Source of the DNA: Stellaceae bacterium
GTDB taxonomy: Bacteria; Pseudomonadota; Alphaproteobacteria; ATCC43930; CGMCC-115725
Assembly (NCBI GenBank): GCA_041490725.1
Contig: JBGPTQ010000001.1
Span: 1-26,858 of the forward strand
Reading direction: 5' to 3'
DNA length: 26,858 nucleotides
Shown here: in pieces, positions 9,911 through 18,800 of the stretch
Position numbering within the stretch: position 1 is the first letter of the stretch
Layout of the letters: each line of letters opens with the position of its first letter
Position numbers and translations under genes: made by a program
The notes under the pieces: model-generated
The model's database searches: none
What the model saw: the letters and a program-made list of their open reading frames with translations, nothing else
What the model was told of the DNA's origin: nothing

Positions 9911-11221
9911 ATGCGGAAAAAAGACAGCGGCGATCTGGTCCGCGTCGGGCCGGGGACGGTGATGGGCGGGCTGATGCGCGAATACTGGCTGCCGGCGGCG
10001 ATGTCGTCGGAGCTGGAACGCGACGGCGCGCCGCTGCGCCTATTGCTGCTCGGAGAGCGGCTGATCGCCTTCCGCGACAGCTCGGGACGGGTTGGCGTCA
10101 TGGACCACCGCTGCCCGCACCGCTGCGCCTCGCTGTTCCTCGGCCGCAACGAGGAGAACGGCATCCGCTGCGTCTATCACGGCTGGAAATACGACGTGGA
10201 CGGCAATTGCGTCGACACGCCGAACCTCGCCGGACAGCCCGACTTCAAGAACCGGATCAAGGCCAAGGCCTACCAGACCGTCGAGCGCAACGGCCTGGTC
10301 TGGGTCTATATGGGCGCCCGCAAGGAAGCCCCGCCGCTGCCGCAGATCGAGGCGACGCTGCTGCCCGACTCCGAGGTCACGATCAACTTCGTGCAGCGCG
10401 AATGCAACTGGCTGCAGGCGCTCGAGGGCGATATCGACACCTCGCATTTCGGCTTCCTGCATGCCGGCTCGGTCGATCCCGCCGATGTGCCCGACGACAG
10501 CCTGTTCCGCCACACGGTCACCAACCGCGCGCCCGACTACCACGTCGCCGACACCGAGTGCGGCACGATGTACGCCGCCTATCGCGAGGCGGCGCCGGGC
10601 CGGACCTACTGGCGCTTTGCCAATTTCATGCTGCCGTTCTGGACCCAGACGCCGCAGGGCAAGTTCACCGAGCATCTGCACAACCGCGCCTGGATCCCGA
10701 TGGACGACCACCACACGATGTTCGTCAGCCTGATGTGGCGCCAGCACCCGCCGTCGATCGGCCCGGATAAGCGCGGCCAGATGATGCCGGGCTTCAAGCG
10801 CGTCTTCGACTATCTGCCGAACAATTCAGACTGGTACGGCCGCTGGCGGCTTCAGGGCGGGCCGACCAACGACTGGCTGGTCGATCGCGAGGCGCAGAAG
10901 AATGGCGGCAACTACACCGGCATCGACGGCATCCACGCCCAAGATCAGGCGATTACCGAGAGCATGGGGCCGGTCACCGACCATCTCTTCGAGCATCTGG
11001 CGCCGAGCGACCGGATGATCATGGCGACCCGGCGGCGCCTGCTGAAGGCCGCGCGTGCCTTGGCCAAGGACGGCGCGGTGCCGCCCGGGGTCGACGATCC
11101 GGACATCATGTATGCGGTGCGCAGCGGCGATTTCGTCACCGATGCAAAGCTCCGCTGGCGCGAAGCCTACGACCGCCAAATGCGCGCCTCGGTTCGCCCG
11201 TTGCAAGAGGCGGCGGAATAG
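9911..11221 (+). CDS. Rieske non-heme iron oxygenase alpha subunit, phthalate 4,5-dioxygenase/LigXa-like, 436 aa
   Basis: RVGPGT.MG.L.R.YW N-terminus, Rieske ligands CPHR and CVYHGWKYD, mononuclear Fe motif EGDIDTSHFGFLH, and QDQAITESMG. Start set at ATG 9911, 13 nt after the dioxygenase stop. Confidence 0.93.
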   Translation: MRKKDSGDLVRVGPGTVMGGLMREYWLPAAMSSELERDGAPLRLLLLGERLIAFRDSSGRVGVMDHRCPHRCASLFLGRNEENGIRCVYHGWKYDVDGNCVDTPNLAGQPDFKNRIKAKAYQTVERNGLVWVYMGARKEAPPLPQIEATLLPDSEVTINFVQRECNWLQALEGDIDTSHFGFLHAGSVDPADVPDDSLFRHTVTNRAPDYHVADTECGTMYAAYREAAPGRTYWRFANFMLPFWTQTPQGKFTEHLHNRAWIPMDDHHTMFVSLMWRQHPPSIGPDKRGQMMPGFKRVFDYLPNNSDWYGRWRLQGGPTNDWLVDREAQKNGGNYTGIDGIHAQDQAITESMGPVTDHLFEHLAPSDRMIMATRRRLLKAARALAKDGAVPPGVDDPDIMYAVRSGDFVTDAKLRWREAYDRQMRASVRPLQEAAE

Positions 11222-11260
11222 GGATTAGTTCACAGTGAGGCAGTGAGGTAGATTTTCCGT

Positions 11261-11341
11261 TGTAGGATGGGTTGAGCGAAGCGAAGCCCATCATCTTGAC
11301 CGAAATCCTGATGGGTTTCGCTTCGCTCAACCCATCCTACA
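11261..11341. repeat. GTAG-type REP doublet (33-bp inverted repeat); probable bidirectional terminator
   Basis: tGTAGGATGGGTTGAGCGAAGCGAAGCCCATCA (11261-11293) and TGATGGGTTTCGCTTCGCTCAACCCATCCTACa (11309-11341) pair with a single G-T mismatch. The element lies between convergent genes. Confidence 0.88.
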
Positions 11342-11371
11342 GCACCAATTTTTTCTCACTGCCTCACCGTC

Positions 11372-12157
11372 TCATTGTGAATTAATAAAGTCGAGGAACG
11401 CGGCGAGGAACGCGTCCTTCTGCTCGTCGAACGGAGCGTGGCCGGCCTGCGGCAGCACAACCAGCCGGGAGCCCGGGATCAGCGCGCGATAGGCTTCGCC
11501 GAATTTGGCCGGCACGAGGCCGTCCTCGGCGCCCCAGACGAGCAGGGTCGGCACGTCGATGCGGTGCAGCCATTTGGGCAAACCCGGGTTGTGGAAGCGC
11601 GGGCGGTAGGCGAGGCGCATGACGGTCGCGCGGTTTTTCGCGACGATGCTCATGTCGGCGCGGACGAGGTCGCCGAGGCGGCGCGATGCCCGCTCCGGAT
11701 CGGCGTAAAACCGCCGCAAATTCTCCTCGACCGGCATGCGGAAGATGTCGGGGATCGGTTCGCCATCGGCGGTGATGCCGACCGCGCCGACGAGGGTCAG
11801 GCTGGCGAGAAGCGCGGTGTTGCGCACCGCCAGCTCGGCCGCGATCCAGCCGCCGAGCGAAGTTCCCATCAGATGCACCCGGTCGAGGCCGAGCGCCTTC
11901 AGTAGGTCGAGGGTGAAATAAGCGAGGTCGGCCACCTCGTCGAGCCAGGGCGGGTCGTCCGACTGGCCGAAACCGGGGTGCTCGGGGGCGAATACCGCGA
12001 ACCGCGTTGCCAGCTCGTCGAGAAACGGCATCCAGCCGGTATGCCCGCCGGCGCCATGCAGGAAGACGAGCGGCGGCGCGTCCTTCTGTTCAGGTCCGCC
12101 GCGCAACAGCCGGATCGCAGCGCCGCTGACGGTGATCTTGTGTTCGGTATAGGGCAT
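11372..12157 (-). CDS. Alpha/beta-fold hydrolase, 261 aa
   Basis: LVFLHGAGG, PEHPGFG, nucleophile elbow GTSLGG, WGAED and AGHAP. SD GGGAGG. Confidence 0.92.
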   Translation of the reverse strand: MPYTEHKITVSGAAIRLLRGGPEQKDAPPLVFLHGAGGHTGWMPFLDELATRFAVFAPEHPGFGQSDDPPWLDEVADLAYFTLDLLKALGLDRVHLMGTSLGGWIAAELAVRNTALLASLTLVGAVGITADGEPIPDIFRMPVEENLRRFYADPERASRRLGDLVRADMSIVAKNRATVMRLAYRPRFHNPGLPKWLHRIDVPTLLVWGAEDGLVPAKFGEAYRALIPGSRLVVLPQAGHAPFDEQKDAFLAAFLDFINSQ

Positions 12158-12279
12158 CGCGGCCTCCCGGGCGAATTACCGAAGGGTAGCGATTGCGTGC
12201 CCTCGCGTCGAAGCTAAGATTGCCTGTACTCGGGAGCCGCCGCGATCAAATCGCCCCGGCGGATGCGGGAGACAGTCAG

Positions 12280-13023
12280 ATGAGCGATTCAACAATCAAC
12301 AACTTCGCCGTGCTCGATTCGGTCTATGGCAGATTCATCGTCAACCGGCACTGCGCGTTTCAGGCGGAGGCGCTGGTCAAGACTGGGCGCCCGCATATCG
12401 ACGACGAGATCAAGAAGATCCTGACCATCGTCAAGGGGCTGCCCGGCGAGTGCGTGGTTGTCGACGCCGGCGCCAATATCGGCCTGATCAGCATCCCCAT
12501 CGCGCAGGCGGTGAAGGCGAGAGGCGGCATTGTGCACGCCTTCGAGCCGCAGCGGATGATGTTTTACGCGCTGTGCGGTGCCGCGGCGCTAAACGATCTC
12601 GAAAACCTTTTCGTCTGGCATCGGGCGGTCGGCGCGGGACCCGGCACGATCACCGTGCCTCGGATCGATTACGCCAAACCGCAGGATTTCGGCATGGTCA
12701 GCCTGGTCGCGCCGCCGGGCGGCAAAGCGGGCGAAACCATCGACCTGATGGCCATCGACAGCCTGACCGTGCCGCGGCTCGATTTCCTCAAGATTGATGT
12801 TGAAGGCATGGAAATCAGCGTGCTGCAGGGCGCCCGCGTGGCCCTGCAAAATCATCTGCCGTGGTGCTGGGTCGAATACTGGAAGGTCGACCGCGGCGAG
12901 ATCAAAGCCCAGTTCGCCGGGCTCGATTACAAATTCTACCTCATGGATAATTTGAACATGCTGTGTGCGCCGGCCGAAAGGCTTGCCGCGTCGAAAATCG
13001 CGATCCGCGCGCCGGAAGCGTGA
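12280..13023 (+). CDS. FkbM family SAM-dependent methyltransferase, 247 aa
   Basis: VVDAGANIG, HAFEPQ and LKIDVEGME. ATG 12280 follows GGGAG. Confidence 0.9.
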   Translation: MSDSTINNFAVLDSVYGRFIVNRHCAFQAEALVKTGRPHIDDEIKKILTIVKGLPGECVVVDAGANIGLISIPIAQAVKARGGIVHAFEPQRMMFYALCGAAALNDLENLFVWHRAVGAGPGTITVPRIDYAKPQDFGMVSLVAPPGGKAGETIDLMAIDSLTVPRLDFLKIDVEGMEISVLQGARVALQNHLPWCWVEYWKVDRGEIKAQFAGLDYKFYLMDNLNMLCAPAERLAASKIAIRAPEA

Positions 13024-13098
13024 GGCCACCCGCCGCGAGGCGATTGCCCGATGCCGGCCATCATGCGAGGCTCCGCGGCTCAGTCAAAGGAGAGGGCC

Positions 13099-13719
13099 AT
13101 GGCGACGCTCAAGATTTACGGCATTCCGCGCTCGCGCGCCTTCCGCACGATGTGGATGGCGAAGGAGCTGGGGCTCGAATACGAAAACATCCCGATCGAT
13201 TTCGCCAATGAGGGCACACGCGCGCCCGAATACCTCGCGATCAACCCCAACGGCCATGTGCCGACGATCGACGACGACGGGTTCATCCTGTGGGAGTCGA
13301 TGGCGATCAACCTCTATCTCGCGAAGAAATACGGGAGGGGCAGCCTCTACCCGATACGCTTCGAGGACGAGGCGCGCGCCTGGCAATGGAGCTTCTGGGG
13401 AATGACCGAGGTCGAGCGCCCGGTGCTGACCGCGATGTTCCACCGCGCGATCCTTCCCGAGGACAAACGCGACGCGGCGCTCGCCGACGAAAGCGAACAC
13501 CAGCTCGGGCGGCCGCTGATGGTGCTCGATGGTGCGCTCGCCGCCTCGCCCTACCTGCTCGGCGAGCATTTCTCCGTCGCCGACCTCAATGTCGCGAGCA
13601 TCCTCTCATGGGCGCGGCCGGCGCGGATCGATTTCAGCCATGTCCCCAAGGCGGCCGATTGGCTCAAGCGCTGCGCCGAACGCCCGGCCGCCCGCGCCGC
13701 CCGCGACCTGCAGCGGTAA
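13099..13719 (+). CDS. Glutathione S-transferase family protein, 206 aa
   Basis: SRAFR..W...ELGL.YE, INPNGHVPTIDDDGFILWESMAI (cis-Pro and ES motif), and FSVADLNVA. SD AAGGAG. Confidence 0.95.
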   Translation: MATLKIYGIPRSRAFRTMWMAKELGLEYENIPIDFANEGTRAPEYLAINPNGHVPTIDDDGFILWESMAINLYLAKKYGRGSLYPIRFEDEARAWQWSFWGMTEVERPVLTAMFHRAILPEDKRDAALADESEHQLGRPLMVLDGALAASPYLLGEHFSVADLNVASILSWARPARIDFSHVPKAADWLKRCAERPAARAARDLQR

Positions 13720-13725
13720 GCGGCC

Positions 13726-14772
13726 GTGGCGCAGGGCACCCCCGAAACAATCGTCTATGTCTCGAATGCCGGCGGCCCTGAAATCCATGTCCTGGCGATG
13801 AACCGGACGAGCGGGGCTCTCGATCTGATCGAGAAGATTGCGATTCCCGGGACCGACAAGCCGGCGCCGACCAGCATGCCGATGGCGCTGAGCCCCGATC
13901 GCCGGTTTCTCCATGTCGCCCTGCGCAGCGAGCCCTTCACCGCGGCGAGCTTTGCGATCGATCCGGCGAGCGGGCGGCTCAAGCATCTCGGCAACGCGCC
14001 GCTCGATGCCAGCATGGCCTATACGACGGTAGACCGGACCGGGCGTTGGCTGCTCTGCGCCTCCTATCCGGGCGGCAAGCTGACGATCAACGCGATCGAC
14101 GGGGAAGGCCATGTCAGGGCGCCGCCCAATCAAATCGTCGCGGACCGGCCCAAGGCGCATTGTGTCTTGGTCGATGCGTCGAACAAACACGCCTACTGCA
14201 GCGTCCTCGCCCAGGACCTCGTCATGCAGCTGAATTTCGATCCGGCGAAGGGCACGGTGTCGCCCAACACCCCCGCCGAGATCAAGACAAAGCCGGGGGC
14301 GGGCCCGCGCCACATGGCATTCCACCCGAATGGGCGGTTCTTGTACTTGATCACCGAGACCACCGCGACGATCGGGGCCTATGCCGTCAACCAGGGGAAC
14401 GGCACGCTCAAGGAGCTGCAATTCGTCGACATGATGGTGCCGGGTTACAAGGGAGACATTGCCGCCGCCGATCTGCATGTCACCCCGGACGGGCACTTCC
14501 TCTACGGCAGCGAGCGTAAGACCAGCACCCTCGCCGGGTTCCGCATCGATCCCGCGAAGGGCACGCTGTCGCCGATCGGCCGCTGGCCGACCGAGACCAC
14601 GCCGCGCGGCTTTGCCATCGACCCGCGCGGGCGGTTTCTCTTGTCGGTCGGGCTCGATTCCAACCAGATGACGGTCTACGCGATCGGCAAGGGGAACGGC
14701 GCGCTCGATCCCGTCAAGCAGCACGCAATGGGCAAGATGCCGAACTGGATCGAGTTCGTCGATTTGCGGTGA
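13726..14772 (+). CDS. Lactonase, 7-bladed beta-propeller (6-phosphogluconolactonase Pgl/YbhE family), 348 aa
   Basis: KAHC, GAGPRHMAFHPNG, AADLHVTPDG.FLYGSER and PRGFAIDP.G. GTG start 6 nt after the GST stop. Confidence 0.9.
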   Translation: MAQGTPETIVYVSNAGGPEIHVLAMNRTSGALDLIEKIAIPGTDKPAPTSMPMALSPDRRFLHVALRSEPFTAASFAIDPASGRLKHLGNAPLDASMAYTTVDRTGRWLLCASYPGGKLTINAIDGEGHVRAPPNQIVADRPKAHCVLVDASNKHAYCSVLAQDLVMQLNFDPAKGTVSPNTPAEIKTKPGAGPRHMAFHPNGRFLYLITETTATIGAYAVNQGNGTLKELQFVDMMVPGYKGDIAAADLHVTPDGHFLYGSERKTSTLAGFRIDPAKGTLSPIGRWPTETTPRGFAIDPRGRFLLSVGLDSNQMTVYAIGKGNGALDPVKQHAMGKMPNWIEFVDLR

Positions 14773-14781
14773 GGCTTGGCG

Positions 14782-15663
14782 CTACCCCTTGGCCACCTGG
14801 TGCCCGGCGAGGTGCTCGAGCACCCGCACCAGCCCGGAATGGTCCCAGCCCTTGCCGCCCAATGCGGCGGCGGCGTTGAACAGCTCCTGGGTGGTTGCGG
14901 TGTTCGGCAAGGAGAGGTTGAGCGCCCGGGCGCCGGACAATGCGAGGCTCAGATCCTTCTGGTGCAGCTCGATGCGGAAGCCGGGATCGAAGGTGCGCTT
15001 GATCATGCGTTCGCCATGGACTTCGAGGACGCGCGAGGAGGCAAACCCGCCCATCAGCGCCTCGCGCACCTTGGCCGGATCGGCGCCGGCTTTCGAGGCG
15101 AACAGCAATGCTTCGCCGACCGCCTCGATGGTCAGCGCGACGATGATCTGATTGGCGACCTTGGTGGTCTGCCCGGCGCCAATGTCGCCAATCAGGGTGA
15201 TGTTCTTGCCCATCAGATCAAACAAGGGCTTCACCCGGTTGAAGGCGCTTTCCGAACCGCCGACCATGATCGTCAGGCTCGCCGCCTTGGCCCCGACCTC
15301 GCCGCCCGAGACCGGCGCGTCGATATACTCGCAGCCTTTCCGGATGATCTCGGCAGCGAACACCTTGGTTTCGATCGGCGAGATCGAGCTCATGTCGATG
15401 ACGGTCTTGCCCGGCTTGAGGCCGGACGCGATCCCGTCGGGGCTGAACAGCACGTTCTCTACATCCGGCGTGTCGGGAACCATGATGATGATGGTTTCGG
15501 CATGCTCGGCGACCGATTTGAGGGTGTCGCACACCGTCGCGCCTGCGCGGATTTCCGGCGGCACCGTGCGCTTGCCGTAGACGAACAGCTGGTGCCCGCC
15601 CTTCAGCAGATTTTGGGCCATGGGCCGCCCCATGATGCCGAGGCCGACAAAACCGATCTGCAT
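14782..15663 (-). CDS. glxR: 2-hydroxy-3-oxopropionate (tartronate semialdehyde) reductase, 293 aa
   Basis: GFVGLGIMG Rossmann motif, MVPDTP, DMSSISP, DAPVSGGEVGA, KVANQIIVAL and GFASSRVLEVHGERMIKRTF, all very close to GlxR. SD GGAGAA before ATG 15663. Confidence 0.93.
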   Translation of the reverse strand: MQIGFVGLGIMGRPMAQNLLKGGHQLFVYGKRTVPPEIRAGATVCDTLKSVAEHAETIIIMVPDTPDVENVLFSPDGIASGLKPGKTVIDMSSISPIETKVFAAEIIRKGCEYIDAPVSGGEVGAKAASLTIMVGGSESAFNRVKPLFDLMGKNITLIGDIGAGQTTKVANQIIVALTIEAVGEALLFASKAGADPAKVREALMGGFASSRVLEVHGERMIKRTFDPGFRIELHQKDLSLALSGARALNLSLPNTATTQELFNAAAALGGKGWDHSGLVRVLEHLAGHQVAKG

Positions 15664-15747
15664 GGGTCTTCTCCGATTGGAATGGCTGGCAAGTGCCGGC
15701 ACAGTGCACAGGACGCGAGGCTGGCTCAAGGCGTCATAATCAACACG

Positions 15748-15868
15748 GTCATTGCGAGGAGCGTAGCGACGAAGCAATCTCGATCCGGCGAGCCAAGCCG
15801 GCACGGGATTGCTTCGCGGAGCCTGTCCTCGGGCGGCGCGAAGCGCCGACCCGTGGGCTCGCAATGAC
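15748..15868. repeat. Composite palindromic REP-like element (GTCATTGCGAG...CTCGCAATGAC)
   Basis: An 11-bp terminal IR (15748-15758 / 15858-15868), an inner IR CGAAGCAATC/GATTGCTTCG (15770-15779 / 15807-15816), and two small hairpins. It resembles CGTC-class alphaproteobacterial repeats. Confidence 0.85.
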
Positions 15869-15894
15869 ACCGAAGGCCGGTGGGGGGATCATCA

Positions 15895-18800
15895 ATGCTG
15901 CGCGCGCTGTGCCTGTTTGTGCTGGTCCTTGTCGCCGTGCCTGCTGCGGCGCAGGAGTATCAGTCGAAGGAGCTGGCGGAGGCCGCCACCACCTACCGCC
16001 AGGAGCTGATCGACAGCATTCCCGCCGCCAAGAAGCAGCCGGCGTTGATCGCCCGGCTGCGCCGCGACGCCGACGCGGAATACCGCGCCAAGCGCTACTC
16101 CCAGGCGGTCGACGACCTGACCCGCGCGATCGCCTACGGCGCCGATGACGGGCTGGTCTGGCTGCGCCTCGCCCAGGCACTCGCCGAAGCGCGGGACGAC
16201 CACTTCCAGGCAAGCGCCTACAACGCCTATGTTAAATCAACCGATCCGGTCGAGCGCGGCACCGCGCTCATTCTGATCGGCCGCGATTACGACCGCCACG
16301 ACAAGCAGAAGGAGGCGCTCGCCGCCTTCGAGGCGGGGCTGGCGTTCACCAAGTCTGCCGTGATCGCCGAGCGGGTCGATCAGTTGCGCCGGCTCGTCGC
16401 GTTCCGGGTGACCAAGGTCGAGCTCTCGGCCGAAGCCGACGCGCCGCGCGCCTGTCTGCGCTTCAATGAGAAGATCGCGACCAAACCCGATCTTTCATAT
16501 GGCGATTTCGTGCGTACCACGCCCGACCTCGCCGGCATCGTCACCGCCCGCGGCGATACGCTGTGCCTCGACGGGCTGAAGCACGGCGAGACCTACGAGG
16601 TTGAGCTGCTCGCCGGGTTTCCGGCGGCGAGCGGGGAGAAGACGCGGGAGAGCTGGAAGAGCGGGATCGTGGTGCCCGACCGCAAGCCGGCGATCAGCTT
16701 TGCCGGCGCCGGCTACGTGCTGCCGCGCGAGGGGAGCGCCGGGCTGCCGGTCACCACGATCAATCTCGACAAGGTCAAGCTGCGGCTGGTGCGGATCAAC
16801 GAGCGCAACCTGGTCCCCAGCATCAGCGCCGATAAGCTGACCATGAGCATCGATCCGGACAGCGTCGACGAGCTGATAAGCCAGAGTGGCAGCCTCGTCT
16901 GGCAAGGCGAGATGACGATCACAGGCGAACGCAATCGCCCGGTCGTTACCGCGATCCCGCTCACCCCCGTGCTGCGGGACAAGGGCCCCGGGGTCTATCT
17001 GGCCGTCGTCGAGCGGGCCGATACGAAGCCCCGCGACGCGAGCCAGCCGGCAACCAACTGGGTCCTCGTCTCCAACCTCGGCCTCAGCACCTACGCCGGC
17101 AGCGACGGCATGGAAGTCGCGGTGCGCTCGCTCGCCGACGCGAAGCCATTGGCCGGGGTGGCGCTGCGTCTTTACGCGCGCAACAACGCCGAGCTGGCAT
17201 CGGTCACGAGCGATGCTGACGGGCTCGCCCATATCCCCGGCGGTCTCCTGCACGGCAGCGGCGGCGACGAGCCCTTTGCCGTCATGGCCTATGGCCCGGC
17301 CAATGGCCCTGCCAATGGCCCTGGGGGCGATTTCAATTTCCTCGAGGTCGGCCGCGCCGCCTTCGACCTGTCGGACCGCGGGGTCAGCGGCCGGCGCCAG
17401 CCGGGTCCGGTCGACGGCTATCTCTATACCGATCGCGGCATCTACCGCCCGGGCGAGGCCGTCCATCTGACCGCGCTGGTGCGCGACGACAAGGCCGAGG
17501 CAGCGGCCGGCTTACCGCTGACCTTGCGCCTGTTGCGGCCGGACGGCGTCGAGGTCGATCGCCGCCAACTGACTGGCGGCAAGCTTGGCGCCTTCGACGA
17601 GACATACTCGCTGGCGCGCGATGCGCGCATTGGCACTTGGCTGGTCGAGCTGAAGCTCGATCCGAAGGCGCCGGCGATTGGCAGCGCCGAGTTTCGGGTC
17701 GAGGATTTCGTGCCGCCGCAGCTCAAACTCGAACTGTCCGCCGCCGACCGGCCGATCCGCCCATCCGAGCCGTTTCCGGTCGCGGTGGCGGCGAATTACT
17801 ATTATGGCGCGGCCGGCGCCGGGCTCGCGGTCGAAGCGCAGGCGACCGTCGCGCTCGACGAACAGCCCTTCGCGAACGAGCCCGGCTTTCATTTCGGCCT
17901 CGCCGATGAGGAATTTGCCGGCACCACCAAGGATCTTGACGCGCCGGCGACCGATGATGCCGGCCGATCGAACGTAACGCTCGACCTCACCGATCTGCCC
18001 GATTCGACCATGCCGCTTGCCGCGACGATCCGGGTCAGCGTCTTCGAGCCGAGCGGGCGCGCGGTCAGCGAGAGCCTGACCCGCCCGATCCGGCAGCGGA
18101 ATTTGGCGATCGGATTGCGTTCGCCGGCGGGCGATGATGCGATCGCCGAGGGCCAGCCGGCGAGCCTCGAAATCATCGCGCTCGGTGGCGAGGATAAGCG
18201 CACCGCCGCGAAGGGCTTGCGCTGGGAATTACTGCGCGAGATCTCGCAATACGACTGGTATTCGGTCAACGGCCGCTGGCGGCACCGGGTACAGGTGCGC
18301 GACCAGCCGCTTGAAACCGGGGTGCTCGATATCGGCGGCGATAGCCCCGCGCCGCTGTCGCGGACCCTGCCCGCCGGGCGCTATCGCTGGGAGGTCGGCG
18401 ACGGCGCGACCGGCGCCCAATCGAGCCTGCGCTTTCATGTCGGCTGGTGGGTCGAGGCGGCCTTGCCGGACGTTCCTGACAAGCTCGGCGCGACGCTCGA
18501 CAAGGCGAGCTACCAACCGGGCGAGACCGCAAAGCTGTTTATCAAGGCGCCGTTTGCCGGCGAGGCGGAGCTGGCGATCGCCTCCGACCGCATCCTCGCC
18601 TTGCGTTCGGTCAAGCTGCCGCCGGAGGGCACGACGGTCGAGATCCCGGTCGATGCCGCGTGGGGCAGCGGGGTCTACGCGCTGGTCAGCGCCTATCGCC
18701 CGCAAAACGCAGCCTCGCCCGGCCCAGGTCAGTCACCGGGCCAGGGCTCAAGTCCACCGGCGCCGCGCGGGCCCGGACGCGCGGTTGGGGTCGCCTGGCT

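Noticed and set aside
8791-10164. 457-aa minus-strand ORF, and similar antisense ORFs such as 13606..14724, 14776..15867, 16495..17466, 20161..21195 and 23716..24849
   Set aside because: Each lies opposite a well-supported gene and has no recognisable motif.
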